A DNA stretch of 64,000 nucleotides, taken from NCBI GenBank assembly GCA_965214775.1, contig OZ243974.1, positions 2,688,001 through 2,752,000 of the forward strand. The letters run 5' to 3'. Source of the DNA: Nitrosopumilus sp. GTDB taxonomy: Archaea; Thermoproteota; Nitrososphaeria; Nitrososphaerales; Nitrosopumilaceae. A model generated the notes under the pieces. That model was not told where the DNA came from. It saw nothing but the letters and a program-made list of their open reading frames with translations, and did not search any database. How positions within the stretch are numbered: position 1 is the first letter of the stretch; each line of letters opens with the position of its first letter. Shown here in pieces: positions 1-9,906 of the stretch. A program made the translations under genes and the position numbers.

Positions 1-129
1 CTTGATGTTCTTGACTGCATCCGCGCTGTCGGTGCGGTTCTGCTCCTCTTCCTTCTTGATGTTCTTGACTGCATCCGCGCTGTCGGTGCGGTTCTGCTCC
101 TCTTCCTCCTTCTCTTCCTTGATGTTCTT
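1..129. repeat. 54-bp tandem repeat (about 2.3 units visible) inside the transposase frame
   Basis: cttgatgttcttgactgcatccgcgctgtcggtgcggttctgctcctcttcct repeated; encodes KEEEQNRTDSADAVKNIK on the minus strand. Confidence 0.9.
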
Positions 130-240
130 GGCCGCCTCCTCAAGCAGTGCCGGCAGTTCCGTGCTGTCGCCGATTGCATCACTTGTGACAGATACTGCCA
201 GCACCTGCTTGGTGTCTGCATCAACCATCAGGTGCATCTT
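1..240 (-). pseudogene. IS5-family (IS903-like) transposase, downstream part, separated from its N-terminus by the IS481 insertion
   Basis: Minus frame reads KMHLMVDADTKQVLAVSVTSDAIGDSTELPALL, continuing the ...RRGFVKMHLM of ORF 2853-3293; runs off the window edge. Confidence 0.8.
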
Positions 241-246
241 TCTATT

Positions 247-1802
247 AGACTTTATGCGTAATCGACCGTGATTAAAAATTCCGTAGGCTTTTCCAAACGC
301 AAATGCGCTGATCGGATCAAATTACCGCATGCATCTCGTGTCATGACGCACGTAAAAGCCAGTTGCGCCAAAAGAACGTGCGCAACCATGCAGCACGGCA
401 ATGTGCCCCGCTGACAAGTCAGAAAGAATGGCGGTCCGTACCGCCGTATGTCATGTGTCTGGCAGCAGATACAGCTGCTGCAGCAGCTGGCCATAGTATT
501 TTTTCCTTTTCAACATCGTCTTGAGGTTCTCAAGACCCGTGATTATCTGCATGAAATAGTTTAGATCCTTGGCAGTCCCGCCAAACGGCATGGTAAGAAT
601 GCCATATCTTTTGAGCCGCCCTATGTGGTGCTCCACCCTGACGTGAACCCTGCTTATCTGCCTGCGGCGCCTCTTTTGCGTTGCAGTAAGATCCCCGTCC
701 CTGGGCTTCTTTGGGGGCTGCCTGTGTATGGCGCCCGGAAGCATCTTTTGAATGCCCTCAAATCCCAGGTCGCTGTAAATCACAAACGCCTCTTCCGGAT
801 CGTCTGCGTTTTTTGCATTCCTCATTGATCCGGTGTGCCTTCCAAAGTCCGGGCCGCCCCCTGCGTTCATCACGCCCTTGTCGTTGACGCTTCCGTCCAC
901 AGTCTTGCCGCAGTGCAGTATGAGGCCGTCCAGGTTCGAGGTAATTATCGTGTTGAACATGTGCCGCTTTTTTCTTCCCGAATATCTGGTCTTTCTTGCG
1001 GTCCTGTCCCCGGGCCTGTCTACCGGAGTCAGGGTGCCGTCAATCAGGAGCGTCTTTTTTGGGATCAGCACCTCCTCCAGCTTGCCTGCCGGGGTCTTGC
1101 AGATGATGCTTGCTAGCTTTTCGGAGGCAGGCAGGAGCCGGCGCAGTAACACGGCACCGTACCGGAGGTACCTGGACATTGTGGACTGGTCGACGTCAAA
1201 TGTCGCAGCCAGATGATGCTGCGTTGCCTTGGTCCTTATGCTCATGAGTACTGCAAGCAGCGCGTGCCTGATGTACAGCTTGCACCGGTTTCCGGCATTG
1301 CCGCCTCTTACGTCGTCCTCCCAGAACAGGGGCCTGTCCTCGTCGTCCATGACTTCTTCCGTAAAGCGCTCCCGTATGATCGTAAATGACTCCTTTGTGC
1401 ATCCCGTGACGTTGCAAAGGCGCACCGGATCGCCGATTATGCCGTCTGCAACCTCGATTGCGTGCATCCGCAGAGGCGTTCGGCCGCGCACGACTCTTTT
1501 TGTCTTGTTTTCTTCGGACTGCCACAGCGAGTCCTCAAACGCAAGCTGCTTCCTCATACGCTCGTTTTGCTTGGACATCTGTTTGTTTTGCTTGGATACC
1601 TGCTCGTGTTGCTCGACTAGCATCTCGTGTTGCTCGACTAGCATCTCGTGTTGCGCTTGTAACGCTTGAAATGCTTGGAGAGTCTTGTCATTTGAGCCCA
1701 TACAGTTAGGGAATCATACAGATCTTTAGGGTTGTTGGTGTGCAAATAATGATCTATTGTGTCGTATTTTTAGATCAGATGGGCCGATTACGCATAAAGT
1801 CT
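247..1802 (-). mobile_element. IS5-family (ISL2-like) element
   Basis: TIR agactttatgcgtaatcg / cgattacgcataaagtct; 3-bp TSD ATT (244-246, 1803-1805). Confidence 0.9.
451..1701 (-). CDS. DDE_Tnp_4-type transposase with N-terminal coiled-coil heptad repeats
   Basis: LIDGT, YSGRKKRH, SDLGF, RVEHHIGRLK motifs; HTH LAATFDVDQSTMSR; HEMLVEQ 21-bp repeats. Confidence 0.9.
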   Translation of the reverse strand: MGSNDKTLQAFQALQAQHEMLVEQHEMLVEQHEQVSKQNKQMSKQNERMRKQLAFEDSLWQSEENKTKRVVRGRTPLRMHAIEVADGIIGDPVRLCNVTGCTKESFTIIRERFTEEVMDDEDRPLFWEDDVRGGNAGNRCKLYIRHALLAVLMSIRTKATQHHLAATFDVDQSTMSRYLRYGAVLLRRLLPASEKLASIICKTPAGKLEEVLIPKKTLLIDGTLTPVDRPGDRTARKTRYSGRKKRHMFNTIITSNLDGLILHCGKTVDGSVNDKGVMNAGGGPDFGRHTGSMRNAKNADDPEEAFVIYSDLGFEGIQKMLPGAIHRQPPKKPRDGDLTATQKRRRRQISRVHVRVEHHIGRLKRYGILTMPFGGTAKDLNYFMQIITGLENLKTMLKRKKYYGQLLQQLYLLPDT

Positions 1803-1880
1803 ATTGTACGAAAAGTCGGTCCGCCTAGGATCAGGAGGACAATGGCGGGCTATTTTAGGCTGTACCGATCACGAAAAACC

Positions 1881-2840
1881 ATGAAAAAAATATTGACAGA
1901 AGAGTCACGGCAGTACCTGGTAAGACAGTGCAAGAAAGGCGTCGCGTCCTCCAAGATAGCCAGGGATTTGAACATCACGGCAAGGCATGTAAGGAGGTTG
2001 TGGGCCAGGTTCCAGGCAACAGGTACGACGCGCGTGAAAATGGGCAGGCCGCATGTCCCGGTCACGGCAGCCCAGATACGTCTGGTGACCGGGACGCACG
2101 AGGGCGAACCGACAGGCGTACTGCGCACCGCAGGCAGGCTGAGGCACAATCACAATACAAGCTACCGTGCAGTATACCGCATAATGAAGAAGAACAACCT
2201 GGTGATTCCGTCTGCGGCAAAATCAAAAAAGAGGGGATACGTCCGCTTTGAGCGCAAATACTCCAACGCGATGTGGCACGTGGACTGGCATGAAATGAAG
2301 GATCCGCGCCTAAAGGGACTCAACCTAGTCACGTATCTTGACGATGCCTCAAGGTGCATTACGGGGGCCGCACTATTTGAGCATGCCACATCTGAGAACG
2401 CCGTAATGACGCTCAGGCTGGCGATTGAACGGTTTGGTGCGCCTGCATCCATACTGTCTGACAACGGCTCGTGCTTTGTAGGACAGAACGGCAGAAAAAA
2501 GGCAGCAGCCTCCAAAAGCCGCATCGGCGGCGGGGGGACGTGGCAGCCCACGCTCTTTGAGGAGGAGCTGCTTACACGGGACATCATCCTGATAAACACC
2601 AGGCCCTACCACCCGCAGACCAACGGCAAGTTGGAACGGTTCCATCGCACCATCGAGGAGGAGATATGGCATTATGACGGCCTGAGGCAGTACGTGGACT
2701 ATTACAACGAGAGAAGGCTTCACTTTTCGCTTGACATTGCCAACTGTGAGACGCCGCTTCTGGCGTTTAGAAGCAAGGAGGCAACGGAAGCGATCAGGAG
2801 GAAGGACCCAAAATGGATGGAGAGGGATGCAGATGACTAG
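1881..2840 (+). CDS. IS481-family transposase (rve integrase core)
   Basis: WHVDW, LDDASR, LSDNG, PQTNGKLERFH; start inside the TIR taken at ATG 1881. Confidence 0.9.
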   Translation: MKKILTEESRQYLVRQCKKGVASSKIARDLNITARHVRRLWARFQATGTTRVKMGRPHVPVTAAQIRLVTGTHEGEPTGVLRTAGRLRHNHNTSYRAVYRIMKKNNLVIPSAAKSKKRGYVRFERKYSNAMWHVDWHEMKDPRLKGLNLVTYLDDASRCITGAALFEHATSENAVMTLRLAIERFGAPASILSDNGSCFVGQNGRKKAAASKSRIGGGGTWQPTLFEEELLTRDIILINTRPYHPQTNGKLERFHRTIEEEIWHYDGLRQYVDYYNERRLHFSLDIANCETPLLAFRSKEATEAIRRKDPKWMERDADD

Positions 2841-2864
2841 CGGACCGACTTTTCATATACTACA

Positions 2865-3407
2865 CATCAGGTGCATCTTGACGAATCCTCGCCTTACCTT
2901 CCATTTCTTGCGTATCCACTCGCCCCGGTTGTGCTGCTTGAGGCCCGTGGCGTCAGATATCATGACCAGGTTACAGGTCTTGTTGCACACCGTAATTATG
3001 TTCTCTGCAATATCTACGTCAAGCTTCTGTATCCTTCTGAATATCGTGGTGTAACACGGCGAGTCTGCACCCTTTAGCATCTCCCCGAGCATGCCTGACA
3101 GCTGCCTGTATTTTAGCATGAATGCGGTCCTGAGTGCGGCTGCGGCCATTATCATGCCTTCAGCGTACAGGAACGGGGCGCCCTCCTCCTTGTGGCAGTT
3201 GGCATCCTTGAGATCCTTCTCCCAGTCCGGGTTGTACTTGACGACCAGGCCTGCCCCTCTCTCTACGTACTTTGCATTGTCCGTGTGTGCCAATGTATAC
3301 CATACGAGGCATCCTCATGATCCATTACTTTTTCGGTCAGAATTAGTTGATCATTTTGGTGATTTTCGGTCAGATTTCAAATTTTAGGAAGGGTTATGCA
3401 ACAAACT
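2865..3407 (-). pseudogene. IS5-family (IS903-like) transposase N-terminal part and element end
   Basis: LKYRQ, YTTIFRR, SDATGLK, RGEW, FVKMHL motifs; terminal gttatgcaacaaact at 3393-3407. Confidence 0.8.
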
Positions 3408-3436
3408 ATCTGTTTGCATTGCCTTTTATTTTAGTA

Positions 3437-4489
3437 TGTGTTATATGGAAATAATGTCCGCTATTCATTGATGTCCCTCTCCATCCATTTTGGGTCGGAT
3501 TTCCTGATCGCTTCTGTGGCAGTTTTGTCCGAGAACGCCATGATGGGTGTCTGGCGGTGGGCTATGTCCAGCCCAAAGTGTAGCCTGCGCTCGTTGTAAT
3601 ACTTGATGTATGCATCCAAGCTCTCATAGTGGCGGATCTCAGCCTCTATGCTGCCGTGGAACCGTTCCAACTTGCCGTTGGTCTCCGGATGGTACGGCCT
3701 GGAGTTTATCAGCCCGATGCCCCGATCCAGCAGCTCGGCCTCAAAGGCAGTCGGCGTCCACGTCCCGCGTGGCATGTTCTTCTTGCTGCGGCCGCCGTTG
3801 AAGCACCTGCCGTTGTCAGACAGTATGGTGGCCGGCTTGCCAAACCTGCCTATGGCCTCCCTGAGTGTTATCACCACGTTTTCTGATGTGGCATCTGCAA
3901 ACGTCCGTGCCGCCGTGACACACCGGGAGGAATCGTCCAAAAACGTGACTAATTTGAGCCCTCTCAGGCGTGGATCCTTCATTTCGTGCCAGTCCACGTG
4001 CCACATTGCGTTGGAGTACTTGCGCTCATAGCGCAGCCATTTCTTTTGGCCCGACTTGGTATCTGATGCGGCAACGAGTCCCTGCTCCTTCATTATCCGA
4101 TATACGCTGTTGTAGCTTATAATGTGACCTGCATCCTGCAGGCGCATGGCAGTGCGCATCACGCCCACGTGCTCTATACAGTGCATGTCCAAGACTGCCT
4201 GCACCTGGCCTGCCGCGGGCTGCGGTGCGGCCTTTCTTCCAGCCTTTTGTTGCACATGCATCTTTCCGGTCCGGCGGTACCTGGCGTAAATCCTCCTCAC
4301 GTGCCGTGGCGTCACCTTCATGTCACGGGCCAGCGACGTGGCGCTCTTTCCGGCATTACGTCCCTTGACGATATACCTGATCTCTTTGTCCGACATCTTT
4401 CTTGTCATGTCTTTATCTGATCGGTACAGCCTGAAATAGTCAGCGATCGTACGCCTTATCTTAGGCGGACCTAATTTCTGTATAAGACA
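3437..4489 (-). mobile_element. IS481-family element with 15-bp TSD
   Basis: TGT...ACA ends with imperfect TIRs; DR ccttttattttagta at 3422-3436 and 4490-4504. Confidence 0.9.
3461..4408 (-). CDS. IS481-family transposase
   Basis: Paralogue of 1881-2840 (ERKYSNAMWHVDWHEMKDPRL, SDNG, ETNGKLERFH). Confidence 0.9.
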   Translation of the reverse strand: MTRKMSDKEIRYIVKGRNAGKSATSLARDMKVTPRHVRRIYARYRRTGKMHVQQKAGRKAAPQPAAGQVQAVLDMHCIEHVGVMRTAMRLQDAGHIISYNSVYRIMKEQGLVAASDTKSGQKKWLRYERKYSNAMWHVDWHEMKDPRLRGLKLVTFLDDSSRCVTAARTFADATSENVVITLREAIGRFGKPATILSDNGRCFNGGRSKKNMPRGTWTPTAFEAELLDRGIGLINSRPYHPETNGKLERFHGSIEAEIRHYESLDAYIKYYNERRLHFGLDIAHRQTPIMAFSDKTATEAIRKSDPKWMERDINE

Positions 4490-4504
4490 CCTTTTATTTT
4501 AGTA

Positions 4505-4578
4505 CAATCTGAATTTTGTTTTTGAGACACATATGGTTACCACAGATAATCAGAATTTGCTAATTTTGAATCAACTCT
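4505..4578. mobile_element. End of an ISL2-derived MITE (host of the second IS481)
   Basis: aatttgctaattttgaatcaactct matches the TIR of element 12722-13880. Confidence 0.7.
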
Positions 4579-4609
4579 GCGAAGGTTCGGCCTGCCGTGA
4601 TCGCACAGG

Positions 4610-7600
4610 CTAGCCGAGGCCTGCTGCATGCAGCAGCCGCATCTGCCAAGCCGACAGCTCGGCGCCATACACGCGAAGCTCGTCAAGCACCGAATCGGCC
4701 ATGCCGCGCTCTCCCGTGGTGGATGTCCTCACCGTAAACGCATGGTCGTTTGTTGTATTGCCTTCCAGTCCCAGACCCCTGCGGTAGCCGTCATAGTCCC
4801 GGTGCTCGCCGTCGATATACGCGTTCAGGCCCTCCTTTACACTAGAGCCGTCGTACGTGAATGCGATATGGTGCCATGCACCGTCTGACATGTTCAGGTG
4901 GTTGGGGGTGTGCACGTTTATGAATGTCGAGTTGTCGTGTATCGAGAGCAGGATCCTGTTGGGCGCCCCTCCCCATATCCACACGTACGAGCCCGGAAGG
5001 CCGAACGACTCTGCCTTGGACATAAGCATGGCACTAGCATTGACGGGCGCATCCTGCCTGAGCCAGAACGCAATGCTGAACGGGTCTGTCCGCCCAAAGT
5101 CAAAGTCGGCCTCACCAGCAAGGGTGACATTTGTGGAGCTGTCAAGCTGCAGCGCCCTGCCGATCCTGCCCTGCACATACGTGACATCTCCTGCAGCCGT
5201 ACCGTTGTTGTCCCCCGTGATATCGGCCAGGCTGCCCTCAAAGGACAGGCCTGCCACGAGCTCCTCGTAGGGGGCCGTGACTGTCACCGGATCTGCGATC
5301 GTGACCCATATGCCGCCCATCGGACTTCCGTCCCCGTCCACCAGGCCGACCCAGAACGCGCCTCCCGCTTCCGCGTCATCGGCCGTCCTCAACAGTATGG
5401 TATACTGGTATCCGAGCGCGTTGATCGTGTGGTACCTTACGTCGTATGCCGAGCCTGCGTGGTTGTCAAGCTCCATCGTGCGGCGCCGCTGCCCGGGAAA
5501 ATCGGTGCACACGGTCGTGTCACATGCAGAATCATCCGCGAATCCCCCAAAGTCGTCTACGGTAAGCGATCTGCTGTATACGGCAAGGGCGTCGTGCTTG
5601 TGCCTTGTGCCATCAAGGTTTACGGTATACTCGAAGGTCTGCCCCGGAAATATCCTGTCAGGGCCCGTGATCCTCCAGGTGGCGTGCTCGCCAGTTATCG
5701 TCTTTGCGGACGGCGGCATCACCGTTACGGGTATGCCGCCCACCTGGTTGTTGTTACCGTCCATCATGCCGACTGTGGCCTGTGTGCCCGCCGGCGCGTC
5801 GGCTGCCGGCTGCAGCAGTATGGTGTGGCTGGATCTGGACTTTTTCATCTTGTTGTGCATTGCAGTATACGGCGAGTCCTCGTCACTGACTATCTTGTAC
5901 GTGTCGTGCTTTTGTTCGGGAAACCCAGCGCATATGACGGTCTGACAGTCCGTATCGGGATCGTGCCACCCGATGTCCCGTTCTGGCGCCGTGCTGTACA
6001 CGGCAAGCGACTCCAGCCGCGGTCTTGCCCCGTCCTCGAGTGTTACGGTATACTCGAAGGTCTGCCCCGCGAATATCCTGTCAGGACCCGTCACGCTCCA
6101 CGTGGACCGGCCCGTGCTTACTGTCTGAGAGACGTCTAGGATGGTATCAGAGGCATCCACGTGTATGACAAACCAGTCCCTCTGCGAGTTTGCAGATTCG
6201 TCGGTTGCCATACATGACACCTCGGTGAATCCGGGTGCAAACGTCGATCCGGACTCGTGCGTGCATGATACTGCCACGACCCCGTCCACGAGGTCGGTGG
6301 CAGTCGGCGCATCGTAGCTGACTGCCGCCCCACGGCCGGCCGGATCATCCACATTTATGTTACGCAGGCCGGAGATGGCAGGCGGCGTGGTGTCCTGTAT
6401 TGTAACAGTCTGGGTTGCCATGGCAACATTGTCCGAGGAGTCCGTGGCAGTCCACGTTATTGTGGTGTTGCCCAGAGAAAACGACTCTGGCGCGTCGTTT
6501 GTTATCATCGGGTTGGGATCTGCAATGTCAGATACGGTGGGAGTCCCATAGTCGCCGGTATTCAGGACAGTCATCATGCCAGTAGCCTCTGCGGTATGGT
6601 CTGCAGACGCGGTGATCTGGGGCGGCGTCGTGTCTCGTATCGTCACAGTTTGGGTGGCCGTTGCCGCGTTGCCCGAGGAATCGGTAGCAGTCCACGTGAC
6701 TGTGGTGTCTCCCAGTGGAAATGATGCTGGCGCATCGTTTGTTATTGCCGGATCTGGATCTGCGATATCTGATACGGTGGCCTGCCCAATGGATATTGTG
6801 GTAAGTACGCCGGCAGCTTCGGTTGCGACATCCAGTGGTGCGGTAATATTTGGCAATGTCGTATCTTGTATGGTAACAGTTTGGGTGGCCGTTGCCGCGT
6901 TGCCCGAGGAATCGGTGGCAGTCCACGTGACTGTCGTACTGCCTAGAGGGAATGATGCTGGCGCGTCGTTTGTTATTGCCGGATCTGGATCTGCATTGTC
7001 GGTGGCAGTGGCCTGCCCTATGGATACTACCGTCAGTGCGCCGGCAGCCTCTGATGTGACATCTGGCGGTGACGTGATTTGGGGCGGCGTCGTGTCAGAG
7101 GAGGGGGAGGCAGTCACCGTGACGGCAAACGTGGTACTTGCGGTCTTGGAGTTTGCAGTTGCGCTCACCGTCACCGTGTGGGCACCCACATGCGAGGATG
7201 ACGTCGGGCTTATCGTTATGGTGCCGCTGCCACCGCTGCCTCCATCTGCGATGGTGACAAAGTCAGGACCCTCCGATACCGACAGGACGATGTCATCCCC
7301 ATCGGGATCCGATGCCGTTACCTGCCTTGTGGCAGTTTCCCCTTGCACCACCTCCACGTCCGGTATGGCAGAGATGGTCGGGGGCATGTCAGGGGCCGGT
7401 ACGGGTGCGGCCACCGACGAGGTGCCAGAGTGCAGTATGGCACCATCCATGTCCGGATCCAGCGAGTCTCCCACGTATGTGACTGTCACCGGCGTGTCAT
7501 ACGGTATTGTCTGGTTTAGTGTGAGGACGCGTGCAGGTGAGTTCTGGATGTTTTGTACGGACGATACCCTCCCGTGGCTGATCTCAAAGTCGGATGCAGA

Positions 7601-9901
7601 GAACATGTGGGAGGTGCTCTTTGAGAGCGTCAGGATTATGTTGATACGTCCGCTGCTCAGCGAGGAGCTAAACGTGATATCGGGCACGGCCGCCTCGGTA
7701 GGCGATATTACGATGTTGTCGATTTCCACGGGCTCGTCTTGCGTGCTGGACATTGCGTGGAACCGGAGCTTTGCCCAGTTCTCGGGTATTGTAAGACTGA
7801 TTGTGGAGCGCTCCCACCGGCCCGTGTCGTGGCCGTTGTTTTCGGTATACGAGGCAAGCGTGTTCCACGTCTCACGATCGGTGGTGTACTCTACATGCAG
7901 CCCCTCGTCCCTGTCGATCTTCCCTCCCACATACCGGTCAAAGGATATCGTGAGGGGCTCTACCGTGTTAAGCGGTGAATTGAGCAGAAGTATGCACGAG
8001 TCGTCGCATTCATCAGATGCTAGGACACGGTTTGTGGCCATGTCTGCGTCCGGTACCTTCTCGGTTGGGACAACCCTGAGCCACGTGCCGTCGCCAAACA
8101 GGCGCCAGAGGGAATGGGACAGGCGGGTCTCAAAGTCCTCGCTTACCCGCGTGACGGATCCGGATATGGGCGGGGGATGCACCGTCGCGTCTGCCGCGTT
8201 TGCAGTAAAGCTGCCGCCTGATGTGGGAGTCTTGACCACGGGGTTGCCAAATATATCTCGCGCGTTTGAAAACAGCAGCTGCACCTTCCCCTGCTCGCCG
8301 TCAAGCAGGTGCGGGTACGTGTATGTGGTTGGGGATGTCCTCGTCATTACCACCGCAGTCGTCGTGGCACCATCGGTAACGGTGATGATCGGCGGGAACC
8401 ATTCGTGGATGTCCTCGCTGAAGGTGGCGTTGATTGGCAGCGTTCCCCTCGTGGGTATGGATGACGGAAGCGTTATGGCTCCAGTCGGCATGACCGAGTC
8501 ATATGTCTGGGCCTCCCCTCTCAGCGAGGCGATGTGCGGGGCCGTTGCAAAGAGCACCCTGGCGTTCCAGTTTTCCACCGTGCCTGCAGGATCTAGTGTG
8601 CCAAAGAAAAAGCGGTGCGGGTCAGACCAGATTCGTTCCCGATCGCATAACTGCGTGCCATTGATCATAGCATCACAATCGACATCTCCCGATACCATAA
8701 TAGTGCTGGGAAGGTTTGTATTATCTGCACGATAACCCCGGCCATAACTGAATTCTGGGTTGGACATGTCATGTAGTGCCGCACCCTGCAGTGTCCCTAT
8801 GGCGACTGCAGCATAGTCGGTCATCACGCACGGGTGCGACATCACGGCAAACGCGCGGCTAGTCCCCTTTGCCAGTAACTCGCCGGATTTGACGCATTGT
8901 GCTGCAATGTTATGTTCAGTAGGATCGCCGTTGCTGGTGCCATTACGAAACGTGTCCTTGATCAGCATTATTACCAGATCCGCCTCATGGGTTTCTGCCA
9001 GGGTATGCACCCTTCTCAGACTTGGCGTGGTGGCGCCTATCAGATTCTCAAGATCGTCGTCTATGGAGTCTGCCTCAGTGTAGGACGCAAGACTGTTGTC
9101 TGCCAGCTCGATCATTATGGGAAGGTCGTTTTCACTGTACGTCCGATTGACATCTGCCACAATGTGTCTTGCCAATGACGATATGTTTGCATCCTCTTCT
9201 CGGATACTGGGTGTGCCTACAACTAGGATTCTGATGGTCACATCATCGCCAGTGTTTGGATCGCGGCGGTAGTCCGTCCATCCCATGTATGCCGATGCCA
9301 GCTGGGACATCATGTCGCGGTTCATGCTTGGCATCGTCGCAGATGATCTGTAGGCAGCAGTATCAGCAACCGCATTGTCTATGGGCGGGAATCTTGACGG
9401 ATCCAGCTCGAGCACCTCATGTACTGCTGTGGCGGAGACCGGCACAATGGCGTATGTCTGGCCATGCGTCTCTATCGTGCCAAATACATTGTTCCCCTCC
9501 ACTATGAGGATCGTGGGGGCACCCGAGCCGTCGGTGCCCACCCATGTAAGTATGCCGTCCTCCAGAGTAGAGTATTCGCGGATCACAACGATGTCCTGAT
9601 TCAGCGCCGAGAACCTGATGGTTTCGGTGGATGCTGACGGTGCGGCTACGGTCGCAAACGCTGTCCTTGCCGCATAGTTCGCATATACGCTGTGCTGCTC
9701 CACGCCGTCGTCCAGTATGGCAGTCACCAGATCCAGCGTCTGAGTCTGCGCGTAGACAGGATGGCCTGCCGCCCCCACCACCGCAATGCATATCAGGACC
9801 AGGACGGATGCTGTAACACAGCTGCGCGTTCTTGTGTCTGTAAGGATGCGGTCAGGACGTGGTATTCCAAGAGATATAATACTACCAGGTGTGCCGTCCA
9901 T
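4610..9901 (-). CDS. Large secreted/surface protein: reprolysin (M12B)-like domain, Ig/cadherin-like and HYR repeats, two internal repeats, C-terminal LamG/ConA-like domain
   Basis: Hydrophobic N-terminus; EADLVIML and TIM...WSDP reprolysin-like context; DTTPP...FPLGxTTVTWTATDSSGN HYR units; DGAWHHIAFTYDG, LDELRVY LamG; exact start uncertain. Confidence 0.85.
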   Translation of the reverse strand: MDGTPGSIISLGIPRPDRILTDTRTRSCVTASVLVLICIAVVGAAGHPVYAQTQTLDLVTAILDDGVEQHSVYANYAARTAFATVAAPSASTETIRFSALNQDIVVIREYSTLEDGILTWVGTDGSGAPTILIVEGNNVFGTIETHGQTYAIVPVSATAVHEVLELDPSRFPPIDNAVADTAAYRSSATMPSMNRDMMSQLASAYMGWTDYRRDPNTGDDVTIRILVVGTPSIREEDANISSLARHIVADVNRTYSENDLPIMIELADNSLASYTEADSIDDDLENLIGATTPSLRRVHTLAETHEADLVIMLIKDTFRNGTSNGDPTEHNIAAQCVKSGELLAKGTSRAFAVMSHPCVMTDYAAVAIGTLQGAALHDMSNPEFSYGRGYRADNTNLPSTIMVSGDVDCDAMINGTQLCDRERIWSDPHRFFFGTLDPAGTVENWNARVLFATAPHIASLRGEAQTYDSVMPTGAITLPSSIPTRGTLPINATFSEDIHEWFPPIITVTDGATTTAVVMTRTSPTTYTYPHLLDGEQGKVQLLFSNARDIFGNPVVKTPTSGGSFTANAADATVHPPPISGSVTRVSEDFETRLSHSLWRLFGDGTWLRVVPTEKVPDADMATNRVLASDECDDSCILLLNSPLNTVEPLTISFDRYVGGKIDRDEGLHVEYTTDRETWNTLASYTENNGHDTGRWERSTISLTIPENWAKLRFHAMSSTQDEPVEIDNIVISPTEAAVPDITFSSSLSSGRINIILTLSKSTSHMFSASDFEISHGRVSSVQNIQNSPARVLTLNQTIPYDTPVTVTYVGDSLDPDMDGAILHSGTSSVAAPVPAPDMPPTISAIPDVEVVQGETATRQVTASDPDGDDIVLSVSEGPDFVTIADGGSGGSGTITISPTSSSHVGAHTVTVSATANSKTASTTFAVTVTASPSSDTTPPQITSPPDVTSEAAGALTVVSIGQATATDNADPDPAITNDAPASFPLGSTTVTWTATDSSGNAATATQTVTIQDTTLPNITAPLDVATEAAGVLTTISIGQATVSDIADPDPAITNDAPASFPLGDTTVTWTATDSSGNAATATQTVTIRDTTPPQITASADHTAEATGMMTVLNTGDYGTPTVSDIADPNPMITNDAPESFSLGNTTITWTATDSSDNVAMATQTVTIQDTTPPAISGLRNINVDDPAGRGAAVSYDAPTATDLVDGVVAVSCTHESGSTFAPGFTEVSCMATDESANSQRDWFVIHVDASDTILDVSQTVSTGRSTWSVTGPDRIFAGQTFEYTVTLEDGARPRLESLAVYSTAPERDIGWHDPDTDCQTVICAGFPEQKHDTYKIVSDEDSPYTAMHNKMKKSRSSHTILLQPAADAPAGTQATVGMMDGNNNQVGGIPVTVMPPSAKTITGEHATWRITGPDRIFPGQTFEYTVNLDGTRHKHDALAVYSRSLTVDDFGGFADDSACDTTVCTDFPGQRRRTMELDNHAGSAYDVRYHTINALGYQYTILLRTADDAEAGGAFWVGLVDGDGSPMGGIWVTIADPVTVTAPYEELVAGLSFEGSLADITGDNNGTAAGDVTYVQGRIGRALQLDSSTNVTLAGEADFDFGRTDPFSIAFWLRQDAPVNASAMLMSKAESFGLPGSYVWIWGGAPNRILLSIHDNSTFINVHTPNHLNMSDGAWHHIAFTYDGSSVKEGLNAYIDGEHRDYDGYRRGLGLEGNTTNDHAFTVRTSTTGERGMADSVLDELRVYGAELSAWQMRLLHAAGLG

Positions 9902-9906
9902 GATTC

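Larger units (their letters stand above)
241..2864 (+). mobile_element. IS481-family element with 15-bp TSD; left TIR interrupted by an IS5-family element
   Basis: TIRs tctattgtacgaaaagtcggtccg (rejoined) / cggaccgacttttcatatactaca; DR catcaggtgcatctt at 226-240 and 2865-2879. Confidence 0.9.

Noticed and set aside
3329-3374. ttttcggtcaga direct repeat
   Set aside because: Probably a sub-terminal motif of the IS5 end; only two short copies
6370-7100. Near-identical repeats of about 240 bp as a DGR template/variable pair
   Set aside because: They are in-frame HYR domains; no reverse transcriptase is present and no adenine-specific pattern was noticed
6576-8735. Long plus-strand ORF of 719 aa (also 4898-6139 and 44595-45902)
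   Set aside because: Antisense shadows of GC-rich real genes
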